DNA from: Eledone cirrhosa
Taxonomy: Eukaryota
NCBI GenBank assembly: GCA_964016885.1
Contig: OZ024745.1
Location: 70,246,001-70,310,000, forward strand
Reading direction: 5' to 3'
Length of the DNA stretch: 64,000 nt
Of the stretch, positions 27,523 through 41,033 are shown piece after piece. The position numbers and the translations under genes are program-made. The stretch's first letter is position 1. Each line of letters starts with the position of its first letter. Under the pieces are notes generated by a model. The model was given only the letters and a program-made list of their open reading frames with translations, had not been told where the DNA came from and searched no databases.

Positions 27523-29432
27523 TGTGTGTGTGTGTGTGTGCCTGTGTGTGGGTGTATGTGTGTGTGCGTGTGTGTGTGTCTGCTGGGGCTATGTATTCTA
27601 GTATGTATATATTTACATAGATATAATCGAAGCCGAACATATTTGTCTCTTCTACGTTTGAATTACCTGAAATATACAATTTAATATAATCCTGTTGAAT
27701 ACAGCCTGACTGCTTTCGAATATTGATCTGCTGTTTCACGGGTAGTCTAGATTTAAACATAAACAATCAGATAAATGAATCAATCAGGTATACGAAACCG
27801 TATGAAAGAAAGTGCATAGCCAAGCATGGCCGAAATGTTGCGTCCAACTTTCCGGGTTTGCTTCCCTGAGTAGTATCATGCGCATTACTCGTCTATTATA
27901 ACTTAGGGTTGACCTGAGTATTATGAGGAATATACGGGATTCAGAGACTGTTTAAAAGCACGTTGGATGGTATGTGCCTATAATTCAATATGTCAGCTTT
28001 ACCCCGCACTGTATCCCTTTAAATGTCACTGTAGATTATGTTAAGGCAAAGCTAACTAAAACATGCTCATCCACTCACTCGTTAGCTGTGATGGGTAGGC
28101 CGTTTTGTAGATCGAATACCGTGAAGAGTCATCGTCGAAACAGACGAAATTTGATTAAGTATAATATCATAGAAATGTTTACATGTGGTATGAGATGAAT
28201 CAACATTTCAGTCATACAAAATTGTCACGTTTTATATATCCTGTTTTCATTCCAAACTACGATTTGTTGATAGGCTTTCGTATCTCTATACCATAGGGCT
28301 GGAAAATATTGACAGTGGTAACATTCTATGTTTTTACTGTGAAATACGCTCCATTTCGCACGTAGTTGTGTATTAAAAGCTCTATGTATTATTACAACTT
28401 GCATCTTCTCATAGAGAATTGTAAATCTGAAAGTAAACCTTTTTCTCGCAATAATAGGTTGTAATTGCTTAATGTCAAGTGTATGAAGTTACATGATATA
28501 TATTTCCAACTCTGTTATCCGTTGCCTAACATTCAACAAATCTGCTTTTATTATTATATTTATCGATTGAAGGAGTAGATATGCTTTATTCAGGGACACG
28601 TATTTTCTCGATATTGTTTACTTGAACGTGATGCAAATTTCAAAACGGTGAATGTTTGTCTAAATTGAACATACGGTTTATTATCAATACGAAACACAAC
28701 ATTCTTTTTTCAGTTAATCACATAAAACTGGGCACGTTTGTGTGGTAATGATGGACATTTCTTCGTATTCAATTTTCCATTTGAAAACGGGACATCAAAC
28801 TACATTTATGCAAATTTTATGATAATTATTAGAATAGGGAATAAGGCATCTGGAAGCTATTAGTTAAACATGTAAATAAATAATGAATTTTATTTCAATT
28901 TTATAACAGACAAAATAACGACCTAAACATGGGAAAAACTTTCAAGTTAATATTCTAAGAAGAGAACATCGCTAAACGCATATGTAATTTGTTGTGATAA
29001 TTATTAAAAGAGGAAATAAGACAATCTCAAAGACATTAGTTACAATATTTGGTAAATAAACAGATCGGAACTGTCCGTTAATTCCAGTTTTAGAACAGTC
29101 AAAAGGATGAGTGATCTAAAGACATACAGACAGGAATTTTGATGAAACCTCGGAAGATGTTGTTCAATATTCTGAACGTCATTTCCTTCTTCCATCAGAA
29201 ATCGTATATTATCATAGTATAGAAATTCGTATATCCGTCTCCCTGCTGAGAAAAGTGCTGAATGCTATAAACGTTTAGCATTAGATTATTACAACAAATG
29301 GCCTTCGCTGTATGACGTCTTTGCAAAGAAGTCTGTAAGTAAATTTCGAAGATAATCTTCACTTTGGTTCGACTGGTATAGCTCCATAGCAATGACAACA
29401 TCTACATATACTGTCAATATGAGAACACACAC

Positions 29433-29525
<93 letters not shown>

Positions 29526-30016
29526 CACGCACACACACACACATACATACGCACATGTATGCATACATACATGTGTAAATGGTTCAGTAGATTTGTGGTT
29601 ACTGAGGAAGCTACCAAAATCAGCGCTCTATGCTATATATATATATATAAGGAATAGAAATAGAAAATGTAACTGGATTCTTTTTAAGAATATTTATTTC
29701 TTTCCTTTACCGGTTTCACAGTTCTTATGCTTTAAAAAAATAGAAATGAGATGGAATTTCTTTTCCTCTTACTTTCACTCGTGTAAGACATCTCGTTTTT
29801 TTTTCATTTTAAAATAACCTCATATATATATATATATATACATATATGCGTATTTTCTGTTTATAATGTATATGTACAACATTTACAAAACACACACACG
29901 CGCGCATATTTTCCTATATATGAATATAGTGGCACACTTGCCTGTATGCACTTACACATGTGACATGATATGTACAGCAAATCTGTTTAACGTAAACTGA
30001 TATATGACATTAAAAC

Positions 30017-30450
30017 ACTTAACTGCGGCCCGCAATGCAGAGGAAAGGAAGAGAGAGAAATACCGGGTACTGTCCGGTCGCTTCCTCTGTGTACCGGTCG
30101 CCGTCGGGGTCGAGACCTCAGGCGTACTCGGACCCCCGTACTGCTTATCTCATCCGCAAGATCGGAACATCAGTAGCCCGTCTGAGGAAACACCCCCACG
30201 AGGTGAGCTTTCTGTTGCAAAAGGTGTCGCAGGTCATTTTCCGCCGAAATGCTCTTGGGGTTTTGTCCGCGAGGCGCAATATGAACACTAGGCCCAGATC
30301 CTAAACCCTCCCTCTTTACCCTCCCTTTTTTCTGTGGCCCTAGAATCCTTGATTTTCCCTCCTTTTTCCTCTCATTTATGGCTTTCATAGTCTTTCCTCT
30401 ACTTTCCGATAGTCTGATCTGCTCCTCCTTACCTCTTCCAGAAAGGTATA
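30017..30450 (+). mobile_element. 3' end of CRE-clade (restriction-like endonuclease) LINE
   Basis: AARNAEERKREKY...PVAVGVETSGVLG, then after a frameshift FLLQKVSQVIFRRNALGVL, matching the CRE C-terminal pattern AA..AE..K..KY...P...ET.G...LQR.S....RGNA. Pyrimidine-rich 3' UTR. Confidence 0.8.
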
Positions 30451-30639
30451 TCGTAACACTTAACTCTAACTAAACCCACACGCTTTCAAAGGAGACAACA
30501 CTTATAAACTAGACAGGGAAACATACGCTAGACACTTAATCATCACTATCCCACTACATTAAGAAAGCTAATAAATGCCCACGATAATATCGATAATATT
30601 AATGGTGATGCAAAAATAGATAAGCTAGATAAAACAAGA

Positions 30640-31250
30640 TATGAACGTGTATTGTTACATAAACATTAAAGCAAATGCAACATTTATAATACACAGAATA
30701 ATTTCAACAGAAACTTCAAATGTAGCCTAATAAAGTTTGCGCAATTTCAGCAGGAACAAGTTAGCCTTAAAATTTAGCAAACAGTATTAATTACAAAACT
30801 GTAAATACCACATTAGGATGAGGCTTGTGGAAGTAGCAGGCTGGTTTATCAATGTATAATGAAATACATGCACATCTTTCTAGTTCAATATTGTCGAATT
30901 TTACCTGTGTACTTCAATTACGCTTCCTATGAATCACTGGAAATTGGAGCTACATGAAACTTTGCTTTAGCAAAGGTAGGGTTATCGATATACTCCTACA
31001 TACCAAGACGCCACTAAGTCTAAAAAAATACACTGGATACGTTAAAGTTAACAAAAACACGTTTGATAGCATGTTAGGTTGTTTTGGTGGGACAGAGATA
31101 CGTGATCCGCTTGGATATTCATCCTTGATAAGCTTGGACCAAGATATAAATCATTCGTCATAAGAGTGTACAGAGATGATTGTTCAGATATTTCTAACAA
31201 CATAAGCTGCATGAAATAAAGAAACACCTGATTTGTACATTTAGAATTTT
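30640..31250 (+). mobile_element. Decayed Penelope-like RT ORF fossil
   Basis: CTSF*FNIVEFY (~30869, cf. CTFIQFDIVEFYPSI), FDSMLGCFGGTEIRDPLG (cf. FDVTMGSFDGAEICELVG) and YRDD (~31169), in the correct order. Confidence 0.7.
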
Positions 31251-31874
31251 TTTTCTTCTATTCTGCCCAACTCTCATCAAAGTTCAGCTTAGCGCTGTTG
31301 TGGGAATTTGCTGATACGTATGAAGAGTGATGAGTTTGGACATCGTCTAATAGGTTTACACTTAGGAAGCCGCTGTAGATCAGAGAAAACCGCTTGAAAA
31401 GGCCATTACTTTTCGCAGGAAGCTTAATTCTGATCTATTGTGGCCACTAGATTAGGTCGAGATGATCCCAACTCCTGCTATGGGAAACCATTTTCATAGC
31501 ATTCTAAGCTTTTGTTTTATATTGCAGCATATTGTTATTCCTTGGTTTTGTGCAAACCGCAAATAATGTTTTTGTAAAATGTTTCCTTGTAACGCCCCAG
31601 AATGAATCCATTGCAGTTATACATTTTTGCCTAGGATAAATTATTATTATTATTTTTATTTTCTTTCATTGTTGTTTCTGAGATATATGCCGAGTGTCTT
31701 CCTGACACGTTGGGCAAATAAATTCACAGTGTGCATTGGTAAGCCAGTTAATATAGCACATTGATTATAATATTTAAAAAAACAGTAAACATATATACAC
31801 ATGTGCATATGCATATGTAAATACAAGGGGAGATATCAATCTTACAGAGTATTATTATTATTATTATTATTATT

Positions 31875-32168
31875 GTTCTTTGAGTCTTAGTCATTGATGT
31901 TAGTTAACTGGAAAGTTTGTTGAAATGAATATCAAGCCATTACCTGCAGCCTCAGATATTCAGGACGTATCGGATGGTTCTTGCTGTTCCCAGCAAGCAT
32001 GCCTTTTGAAGTGTTCCAAAAAGCGTGGCGGGGCCAATTTTCTTTAACCATCCCTGGAAACTTTTTGAGATAGTACCTAGTGCGCCTATGACAATCGGGA
32101 CCACTTTGACTTCATGGCAGTTCCAAATCCTTTTTACCTCCCACTTTAAGTCCTGGTATCGGTTAATT
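31875..32168 (-). mobile_element. R4/Dong-clade LINE 3' fragment (family Dong-B)
   Basis: Closely matches 34998-35291 by eye; encodes ...YQDLKWEVKRIW...PIVIGALGT...LQKACLLGTARTIRYVLNI*. Flanked by (ATT)n. Confidence 0.92.
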
Positions 32169-32187
32169 ATTATTATTATTATTATTA

Positions 32188-34967
32188 CAGTTGCATTTAT
32201 CTTGCTTTATGTTCATACGAGTTATCACCAAGTCACAACCAGTGACCTCAAGAGACAACAAGGTCCGCCATGTTCAAGAAAGAACATACATACTCACACA
32301 TGCATCTTTAGTGTTTAGACTTGTGATGCACTTATATTGACAGAATCTTCCTTAGTATATAGGCAGTTCCCATTAGTACTATCTTTTGTATTTCTCCTAT
32401 ACGCGGGTTTCCTGGGATTTGCGATAAGTAATCATTAGACCCCTTAGGTATCATTCCCAGAGCGCCTACAACCAATGGTATTGTTTTAGTTCTCAATTTC
32501 CACATTTTTCCAATTTCTATCTCCAGGTCCTTATACTTGCTCAATTTTTCAAATGTTTTTATAGATACATTCTTGTCTATTGGAACAGACATATCAATTA
32601 GCAGGCATACCCTCTTTTTAAAGTCCTTCAATATTATATCAGGTCTATTTGCATCTATTTTTCGGTCTGTTTGGATGCTAAAGTTCCACAAGATTGAGAT
32701 GTGATATTTTTCAAGTATGGGAGGTGGTTGATGCTCCCACCAATTCTTTTGATGGGGCAGGTCAAAATGCTTACACATTATCCAATGTATGTATTGTGCA
32801 GCTCTGTCATGCCTGTTTAGGTATTCGGTTGGAGCTATAGGACTGCACATTGAAATTATATGGTCAATGGTCTCTGGTTGTTTTTTTACATACACGGCAT
32901 AATGGGCTGCATCCATTTTTTATTATGTTGGCTTGGTAATTTTTTGTTGGCAGACACTGATCTTGTGCTGATATAATCAGTCCTTCAGTCTCCGATTTCA
33001 GTCCAGAGGATGCCAACCACTGATGGGTTAAAGTTTTGTCAACATCAGGATTGTTAGCTCGCTCTGGGTATTTTCCATACAGAGGCTTTTCTTGCCATTT
33101 CTTAGCCAGGTTCTGTAGCAGTTCTTTTTTTGCAGTTACTTTTACCTGCTTTGCTTTTTCTGTGTTTTCCATTTCAGCAGTAAATGGGACTTCTGAAATT
33201 TGTAGTCCATTACTGTATCTTTGTGCATCTTTTGTAATGGAATATGATCTTTTGATGCTTTCGTGTTTCAAAACAAGTTTGATCATCCAATCATGTGATT
33301 CCCTTACATATGTAGATAATCCAATTGTTGCAGTTTTCAACGCAATGTCTAACTGGATTAACCCACGTCCTCCTTCTTTCCTAGGGAGATATATTCTATC
33401 TATATCTGCCTTAGGGTGATGCATTCTGTGCATGGTTAAGAATTTTCGAATTTTTGTACCGAGTCTACGGATCTCTGTGCTTGACCAGTTGATGACATTG
33501 TAACTGTAGGTTACTATTGGTATGGCAAGCGTGTTTATGGCATCGATCCTATTCCTTGCATTCAATTCCGTTCTTAAGTTTGCTCTTACTCTGCGGTAAC
33601 ATTCCTTCCTTATCCTTTCCCTCATTGTCGAGTGCTTGATTCCGTCTCCTTCACAAACACCTAGATATTTGTACGTTTTTTCTTGATCAAGTTCTCTTAT
33701 CACGTTCCCCCGATCAAGATTAATGTCTGAACTCTTCAGCAGCTTTCCTCTGGTGAACGTTGCTTTGGCGCATTTATCTAGTCCAAACTCCATTTTAATG
33801 TCATCACTGAACTGCTCCACAGTGGATAATAGCCCTTGCAATTGTTCATCATGTTTTGCAAATAGTTTCAGGTCATCCATGTAGAACAGGTGATTAATGG
33901 TTTTGTCATAGACTTTATATCCATGTTTTGTTTCATTGAGCATTTTACTTAATGGTATAAGTGCGATGCAGAATAAAAGCGGTGATAAAGAGTCACCCTG
34001 AAAAATTCCACAATTAATATTAACTTCTCCACTCCAGCTTCCAGTGATTTTGTTTCACTATTCAAAAGGAGTGTCGTTTTCCATGTCTTCATACTGAATG
34101 ACAAAAACCTCCTGACAACGGGGGATATTTTGAAAATCTCTAAACTTTTTTCAATCCAACTGTGTGGCAAACTATCGAATGCTTTTTTATAATCTATCCA
34201 AGCAATCGATAGATTTGTGTGTCTATTATGACAATCTTCCAGTATCATTTTGTTAACCAGAAGCTGATCCTTACAGCCATATTAGCCTCGTTTACACCCT
34301 TTCTGCTCAATGGAAAATAGGTCAGTTGTTATCAGGTGGTCATATGTGTATTCAGTTAGGACTGATGTTAAAATTTTATACATTGTGGTCAAGCAAGTTG
34401 TCGGTCTGTAATTTTTGGGATTGTTTGTCTCATCATTCTTCGGAAGCAGGAATGTAATGCCGTTAACTAGCCATGATGGTATCTTTTCTGGCTCCTTAAC
34501 TATTTCATTGTAAAGTTGGGCTAACAGCTCATGAGACTCTGTGAAGGCATTTATCCAAAAGTTTTGTATTTTGTCTTTTCCTGGGGATTTCCATTTGCTG
34601 GTTTTTCTTAGAGCCAAGCGCAACTGTTCAACTGTTATATTTTCCCATATTTGTTCCTCAAGGTGAGCTGTACCTTTCATTTGTCTGTCTATCTATGGGG
34701 CATGTATGTTATGAACTTTTTCTTCGGCCCAGATCTTTTCCCAGAATTATTGCACTTCCTCCTTGGGTGGTATTGATTTAGCAGTTATTGTTGACTTACC
34801 AATTTTTCTGTAGAAGTTTCTTTGGTTGTTTTTGAACATATTATTATCCTTATAGAATCTAGATCGTTTTTCAAAGCGCCTTATACGAGCAGCTTTGGCC
34901 GACACTTTTTGCTTGATTATTTCTATCAGCATGTCTATGTCACATGTTGATTTTATACTGTACTTTT
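32188..34967 (-). mobile_element. 5'-truncated R4/Dong-clade LINE (Dong-A): RT, CCHC finger and restriction-like endonuclease, disrupted
   Basis: WKSPGKD, NYRP, WIDYKKAFDS, LFYMDDLKL, YKYLG, PRKEGGRGL, CRVC..ETIDHIISMC, RHD, PDII, IDMSVP, KLSKY motifs across ORFs 34747-32332. Several stops and frameshifts; (ATT)n both sides. Confidence 0.96.
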
Positions 34968-34997
34968 ATTATTATTATTATTATTATTGTTATTGTT

Positions 34998-35497
34998 ATT
35001 CCTTGAATCTCAGTCATTGATGTTGGTTAACTGGAAAGTCCGTTGGATTGAATATCAAGCCACTACCTGCAGCCTCAGATATTTAGGACGTATCGGAGGG
35101 TTCTTGCCGTTCCAAGCAAGCATGCCTTTTGAAGCGTTCCAAAAAGCGTGAAGGGGCCGATTTTCTTTAACCATCCCTGGAAACCTTTGGAGATAGTCCC
35201 CAGTGCGCCTATGACAATCGGGATCACTTTGACTTCATGGCAGTTCCAAATCCTTTTCACCTCCCACTTTAGGTCCTGGTATCGGTTAATTTTCTCCCTC
35301 TCCTTCTCTTGCACTCTCGTGTCGAACGGGCAGGCCACATCCACAATCAGACACGATCTTTTTTCTTTGTCCACAACCACCAGGTCAGGTCTATTGTGTT
35401 CCAGTTTTTTGTCCGTCTGTATCCTAAAATCGCACAGCACCTTCACCTGATTGTTCTCCATCACCGCCTCTGGCCTATGCTAATACCATTTCTCAGA
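34998..35497 (-). mobile_element. R4/Dong-clade LINE 3' fragment (family Dong-B), RLE domain
   Basis: ORF 35075-35464 has DFRIQTD, RPDLVV, IVDVACP, EKINRY; bounded by (ATT)n. Confidence 0.93.
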
Positions 35498-35537
<40 letters not shown>

Positions 35538-35546
35538 TGCGGCATA

Positions 35547-35808
35547 TGAGTTCAAATCCTTCCGAGGTTAACTTTGCCTTTCGTACTTACGAAGATGATA
35601 AATAAAGCACCAATAATGCACTGGGTCGATTTAATTGACTTTCCCTCCCCCAAATTGCTGGCCTTGTGCCTAAATCAAAAACCTTTATTATTATTATCAT
35701 TATTACTGTTGTTGTTGTTGTTGTTAACCTTACGGGGTCGATAAAATAAAGTACCAGTAATGTACTGTGCAATTGCTGGCCTTGTGCCTTAAGTAGAAAC
35801 AATTATTA
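35547..35808 (+). mobile_element. Two tandem truncated S1 SINEs (35547-35700 and 35724-35808)
   Basis: S1 body and GCTGGCCTTGTGCC tail occur twice. Confidence 0.85.
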
Positions 35809-36004
35809 CTGTTGTTGTTGTTAACTTCATTAGCATCAGCAGCGGCAGCAGCCTCAGAACCATTATTATTAATCACCACCATCATTATCATTTGCAACTC
35901 TTGTCAAACATTTAGCTTCTGCAGCTTAACTTCCCTCATTCAGTTGCAAATAATAACTGGATTAACGTTTTGGCAAACTGTGAAAGAAATAGAAAAGTAG
36001 AAGT

Positions 36005-36135
36005 AGATGAGGATGATAGTGGTGTTGGTAATGATGGTGCTGGTAATGATGATGTTGATGATGATCATGGTGATTAGGATCATGGTGATGATGATGATCA
36101 TGGTGATGATCATGATGATCATGATCATGATGATG
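36005..36135. repeat. (GAT)n-rich tract
   Basis: Directly visible. Confidence 0.9.
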
Positions 36136-36476
36136 AGAAAGAGATCTAAGAGTGAAATAGATGAAGAGAGAGAGTGAGAGAGTGTACGACTAAATGTAAC
36201 AGCATGTGTATATCAATAGCATTGTAATCGGATTTGGAGAAGAAGCAATACTGCTGCCATAACTTATACTTCAGCCAAAGACAGATATTTAAGTGTTGAG
36301 AGAAAACAGGTCACCTATGAGTATACACAGACATGGTTCTTCTGTTATCCCCCTACAGTACGCAGTCTTGTTTCTAGTAATCACAAGAGAGCGTGTTTTC
36401 TAATAGTGTGAACGATAAATTCCGTGATTAATAATACACTTTTACACACGAATAAATATAAAACCCCATATATGTA

Positions 36477-36511
<35 letters not shown>

Positions 36512-36649
36512 CTCTGTGTGCTTGCGTGTGTTTGTGTGGGCGTGTTTGTTTATGTGCATGTTTATGTACGTACACATATACGTATATAAGTATCCATTAA
36601 CTTAACATAATCATATGTCATATTTATATAATCCCAACCTAGACGCCCA

Positions 36650-36875
36650 ACAGAGCGGAGCTTATCTAGGTTTCCTTGGCGTCAAATGACTTAGAGTACA
36701 GGTCACCCCTTCTCGACTGGACGACAGTCCGTTACACAGATAAGAAGTACTAATTTCTTTTCAGTTGAGGGCACTGTAGCGAAATGCGATGACGTTTGTT
36801 GATCAAAGAAACAATACGCCGTCCGATCTTGGAATGAAACTCACGATCGTATGATCCTAGGCTGACGGTCTTCAC
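36650..36875 (-). mobile_element. Decayed SINE (S2-like)
   Basis: CAGTTGAGGGCACTG...TTGATCAAAGAAACAATACG...GGAATGAAACTCACGATC is the reverse of a B-box-containing tRNA head plus body. Confidence 0.5.
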
Positions 36876-37496
36876 AGAAACGAATATGGCATTTATATTA
36901 TGAAAACGCCAACATTCAAACTGCAATTCTTATGTTTACATCCAATTATATTGAGAGCATTTGTCATTTCAAACTACAAGAGTGAGCAGCTTATTCGTGA
37001 AGATTGCTATCAATTTGTATTAATGTATATATATGTATATATATATATGTGTGTGTGTGTAAAGTGCTGAAATTATCTTTTACTAGGCTGGAATATTTTC
37101 TACAAATGAGAGCTATAAAATGGCGTGCCAAATACTAACAATTGCACACTTATACTAGGTTGTTTAATGAAAATGGCCACACGTAATTACTATGATTACC
37201 TTCCATTAAGAACTAGTTGCGAATCGACTAATCATCTTTAGGCGTTCTACCAGAAATTGGAAGGTAAAAATGAGATAAAATATCCATTGTATAGCGTACA
37301 TAATCATGGATCGATTTCTTTCACTGGCCATACACTAAACTCATATACAAGTGAACATATAACTCAGAAAAACACAGTCAAGTTCAGAAACATTAAGACA
37401 CACTAAACAGGTGTAGGCGGAAACGCCTTGGCATACACATACCTCCAGTTTCTAATAGTTACCTATATATATACTACCACTGATATACGGAATCAT

Positions 37497-37532
<36 letters not shown>

Positions 37533-37572
37533 TATATGTGTGTCTGTGTCTGTGTGTGTGTGTATTTTATAT

Positions 37573-37703
<131 letters not shown>

Positions 37704-37711
37704 TATATACG

Positions 37712-37841
37712 TTATTCCGGTTTGAATCGGAGGTAACCACAGTAAGTAGGGTACTCAATACATAGCAGAGTATAAAAGTTTTAATATAGATGAGATTCTA
37801 CAGGCCTACAACTAGTTCTAGTCCTGTAGAATCTCATCTAT
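37712..37841 (-). mobile_element. Family B element with 28-bp fold-back
   Basis: ATAGATGAGATTCTACAGG...AACTAGTT...CCTGTAGAATCTCATCTAT palindrome (37786-37841). Tail GGTAACCACAGTAAGTAGGGTACTCAATAC matches 58769-58798. Confidence 0.8.
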
Positions 37842-37878
37842 CTATCTATATATATATATATATATATACATGTATATA

Positions 37879-38063
37879 TAGGAACGAGTAGGACTCCGAC
37901 GACTGAGCTCAAGCCGTTTCAACGGCTAATTCTGAATTAGCCGTCGAAACGGCTTGAGCTCAGCCGTCGGGGTCCTCCTCGTTCCTATTACCCACTCTAA
38001 TACCCTTAGTATTGAGTACTTTGGTGCGTTATGGTCCACCTGGTTCCTTACCACATTTCCTTC

Positions 38064-38067
<4 letters not shown>
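37879..38067 (+). mobile_element. Family A HHR element with ~55-bp fold-back
   Basis: Palindrome centred at 37933; HHR 3' half GAAACGGCT(TGAGCTC)AGCCGTC-GGGG; inserted in (TA)n. Confidence 0.9.
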
Positions 38068-38120
<53 letters not shown>

Positions 38121-39754
38121 GTAGGTGTTTGTGTATGTGTGTGTTCATGTATTTGTAATGATGTAGCTCTTTCGAAATATTTTAATAAGAACGTGTCGGA
38201 CAATATGACCAAAACGCTCGGGTAAAGAGCTAGCTATAATTAAACCTTGAAAACTCTGTACTAGGAAAAACATTAGAACTCATATTCATATGTTTTCAAG
38301 ACCAGAGATAATTATATATATTTGGGCATATAAAAGACCTTATCTTAATGGAATCTTTCCAATAGATGGTTTCCAAAATTTAGGAGCATGCATATGGTAC
38401 TCTCACACATTCACAAATATATGTATAATGAAATACATACATACTTACATACATGCAAACTTACATGCATGTATAAATGCATAAACGCACTCGTATAAAT
38501 ATGTGTATTTGTGTGTATGTATAAACATACGTATATATGCGCGCGTGTGGGTGACTGAACGTATGTTATGTATCAAGTAAATGTACATAAATATAAAGGT
38601 GTATTTATACTTCTGTACATTTATTCATGCTCACACTCTCACACATACACACACACACACATACACACACTCAGATATACACAAAAACACACACTCACAC
38701 GGAGGCGGGTAGGCTAAATGTGTGTGTGTATGTGTGCTGTTTATTCATTTACGTTTCATATATACACTCACACGTAGACACACACACACATACACACACA
38801 CACACACACATATATATACATGTTTCAAGAATCGAATATATGTGTGGGATGTTTACATGGGTTAGTGAAGTATGGATTTACATTTCCCTCCTATAAGCAT
38901 ATATCCAAATAGATTTTTAAAAGACCGCAAAACATGTCTTCCTCTTCATTACGCTTGCTTCTAATTTCGTGTCTTACTTCCTCTCTCATCTTCTCTATCC
39001 GTCGTTTTCCCCCTCTTGGTATTATTTTCCGCTTCTCTCTCATTTGCTCACTTTTCTCTTCTCTTGGCCACCTATCTAACTAACTCGGATATCCATACTG
39101 CAATCACGTACATATTTCAAATAATATATATCATTTGTGATTCATATCTAAAACCCTTTCACTTCTTTTATGTCATTCACTCATAGATACCTTGCATCAA
39201 TAGGAAACGAGTTCATTCTCTATTATTATACTTGGTAGAAAATATATTTTGTTAGCAATGGAGAGGAAAGTTTATTACACCCATTCATATTTTGAATAAG
39301 GTATTCTATTTGTGAGCCCATTTTGTCTTTTTTATGTTCAGGATTATTCTCGCCAAAGTGATTCGCCTTTAAACTTCGTTTTCAGTGAGATATGACTGCA
39401 GGTTTCAACAGATAGTGGTTCCAGACATATTTCAAGAGATATGTAATGTTATTTAGCGTCAAGTTGCCCTGATTCAGAGGATCTATAAATAATGATTGTA
39501 GACTCATGATAATATTGTCATTTTCTAGAGTACAGTAAAATAATACAAAAATACTTCTATTATGTAAAATAGATCCATTCACATTTCTACAATATTTAAT
39601 TTCAACTAAATTTATTTCCTTGATCTCATGGGAGTATTCTCACTTGAAATTCTACATTCGATATTGAACAGAGAAGGAGAGAGATTTCATATCTTACCTG
39701 TGTGGATTTTCTCAGCTGATCGATGTTCATTCGTGTATATATATATATATATAT

Positions 39755-40016
39755 ATTTCGTTTCTGAATTTGTTTAGCAAGATTCTTTATCTGAAAACGA
39801 GTGTTGAAACAGATATTGTTATACTTTAGGAGGGTCATGCTGCCAACAAGAAACACACGCACCAGCCGCCCTCACCCCAATCTATTACAAACCAAATTTA
39901 TGAATTTAGGAATTTATAAATTTCCGGTTGGTTGGTTGGTTCCACAACCAGATGATTGTTCATATATTGTCAAAGTTCGTGTGTTTCTTGTTGGCAGCAT
40001 GAACCTCCCAAAGTAT

Positions 40017-40024
<8 letters not shown>
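39755..40024. mobile_element. PLE-type element with 50-bp inverted arms and degenerate HHR
   Basis: 39813-39862 is inverted relative to 39975-40024. CTGAAAA...GAAACAGATATTGTTA at 39791-39821; (TA)n on both sides. Confidence 0.7.
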
Positions 40025-40080
<56 letters not shown>

Positions 40081-40968
40081 CACCAACCGTCCACCAAATT
40101 CTACTCACACATATTCGTGAAAAAATGGTAGAATACATTCACCCAACGTTTCACTCAATGAAAGAGAACTCGTGAAAGTATTGACACGAAACTTATTTAA
40201 CCACACAGTTATGTTAACCATATGTATACAATCCGACAGTGCTCGATATCCTTCTATAGAGCTTATTAAATATGTTATGAAATTAGTGGGATATAAGTGA
40301 AACCATATAACCTATCTATACAGATATAGAAATTAATATGGCGGTGGATGAAAACTTAAGTGGCATGTGTTACATACATCATCATCAATGGATAAAAAGA
40401 GGTTTCATAATTTATGATAGCAAGTGATTATCTATTGTTCGTAACAGAAACGGAATGCAATTGTACGAACGAAAGTACCAAAAATAAGAAATATATACTA
40501 AATATATAGTCTTAATTATTAACTTATCGGCAAGTCTTTATATTAACACACATCACATTTATATCCACTGAAATGTTCTAGTATTTTGTCCAAAATATTA
40601 GTACAGGGTACAAAGGAGATCTCTCTTCCTAATAGTTATTACATTATAACATAACTAAAATATTATGACAGTACGGATTTATGATAGAAGACCACGGTTT
40701 ATTGAATCAACCATGCCATAATTTTTATTTAATATATTTATTCGAAGAGGATGTTAGTTGTAGGCGACATCAGATGAGTTTTAAACTACAATTGTAGAAT
40801 ATTAACTGTTTATATTGAATATATTACAAAGTATTTGAACAGAAATACTGTTATGTAAGATTTAAACAACTAAATACAATTTATGGATATACACTATTTT
40901 AAATTAATGTATATGCTATTATTATTCCATGTTTGATTTGTGTTTCACTATTAAGTGAATGTCGTATA

Positions 40969-41033
<65 letters not shown>

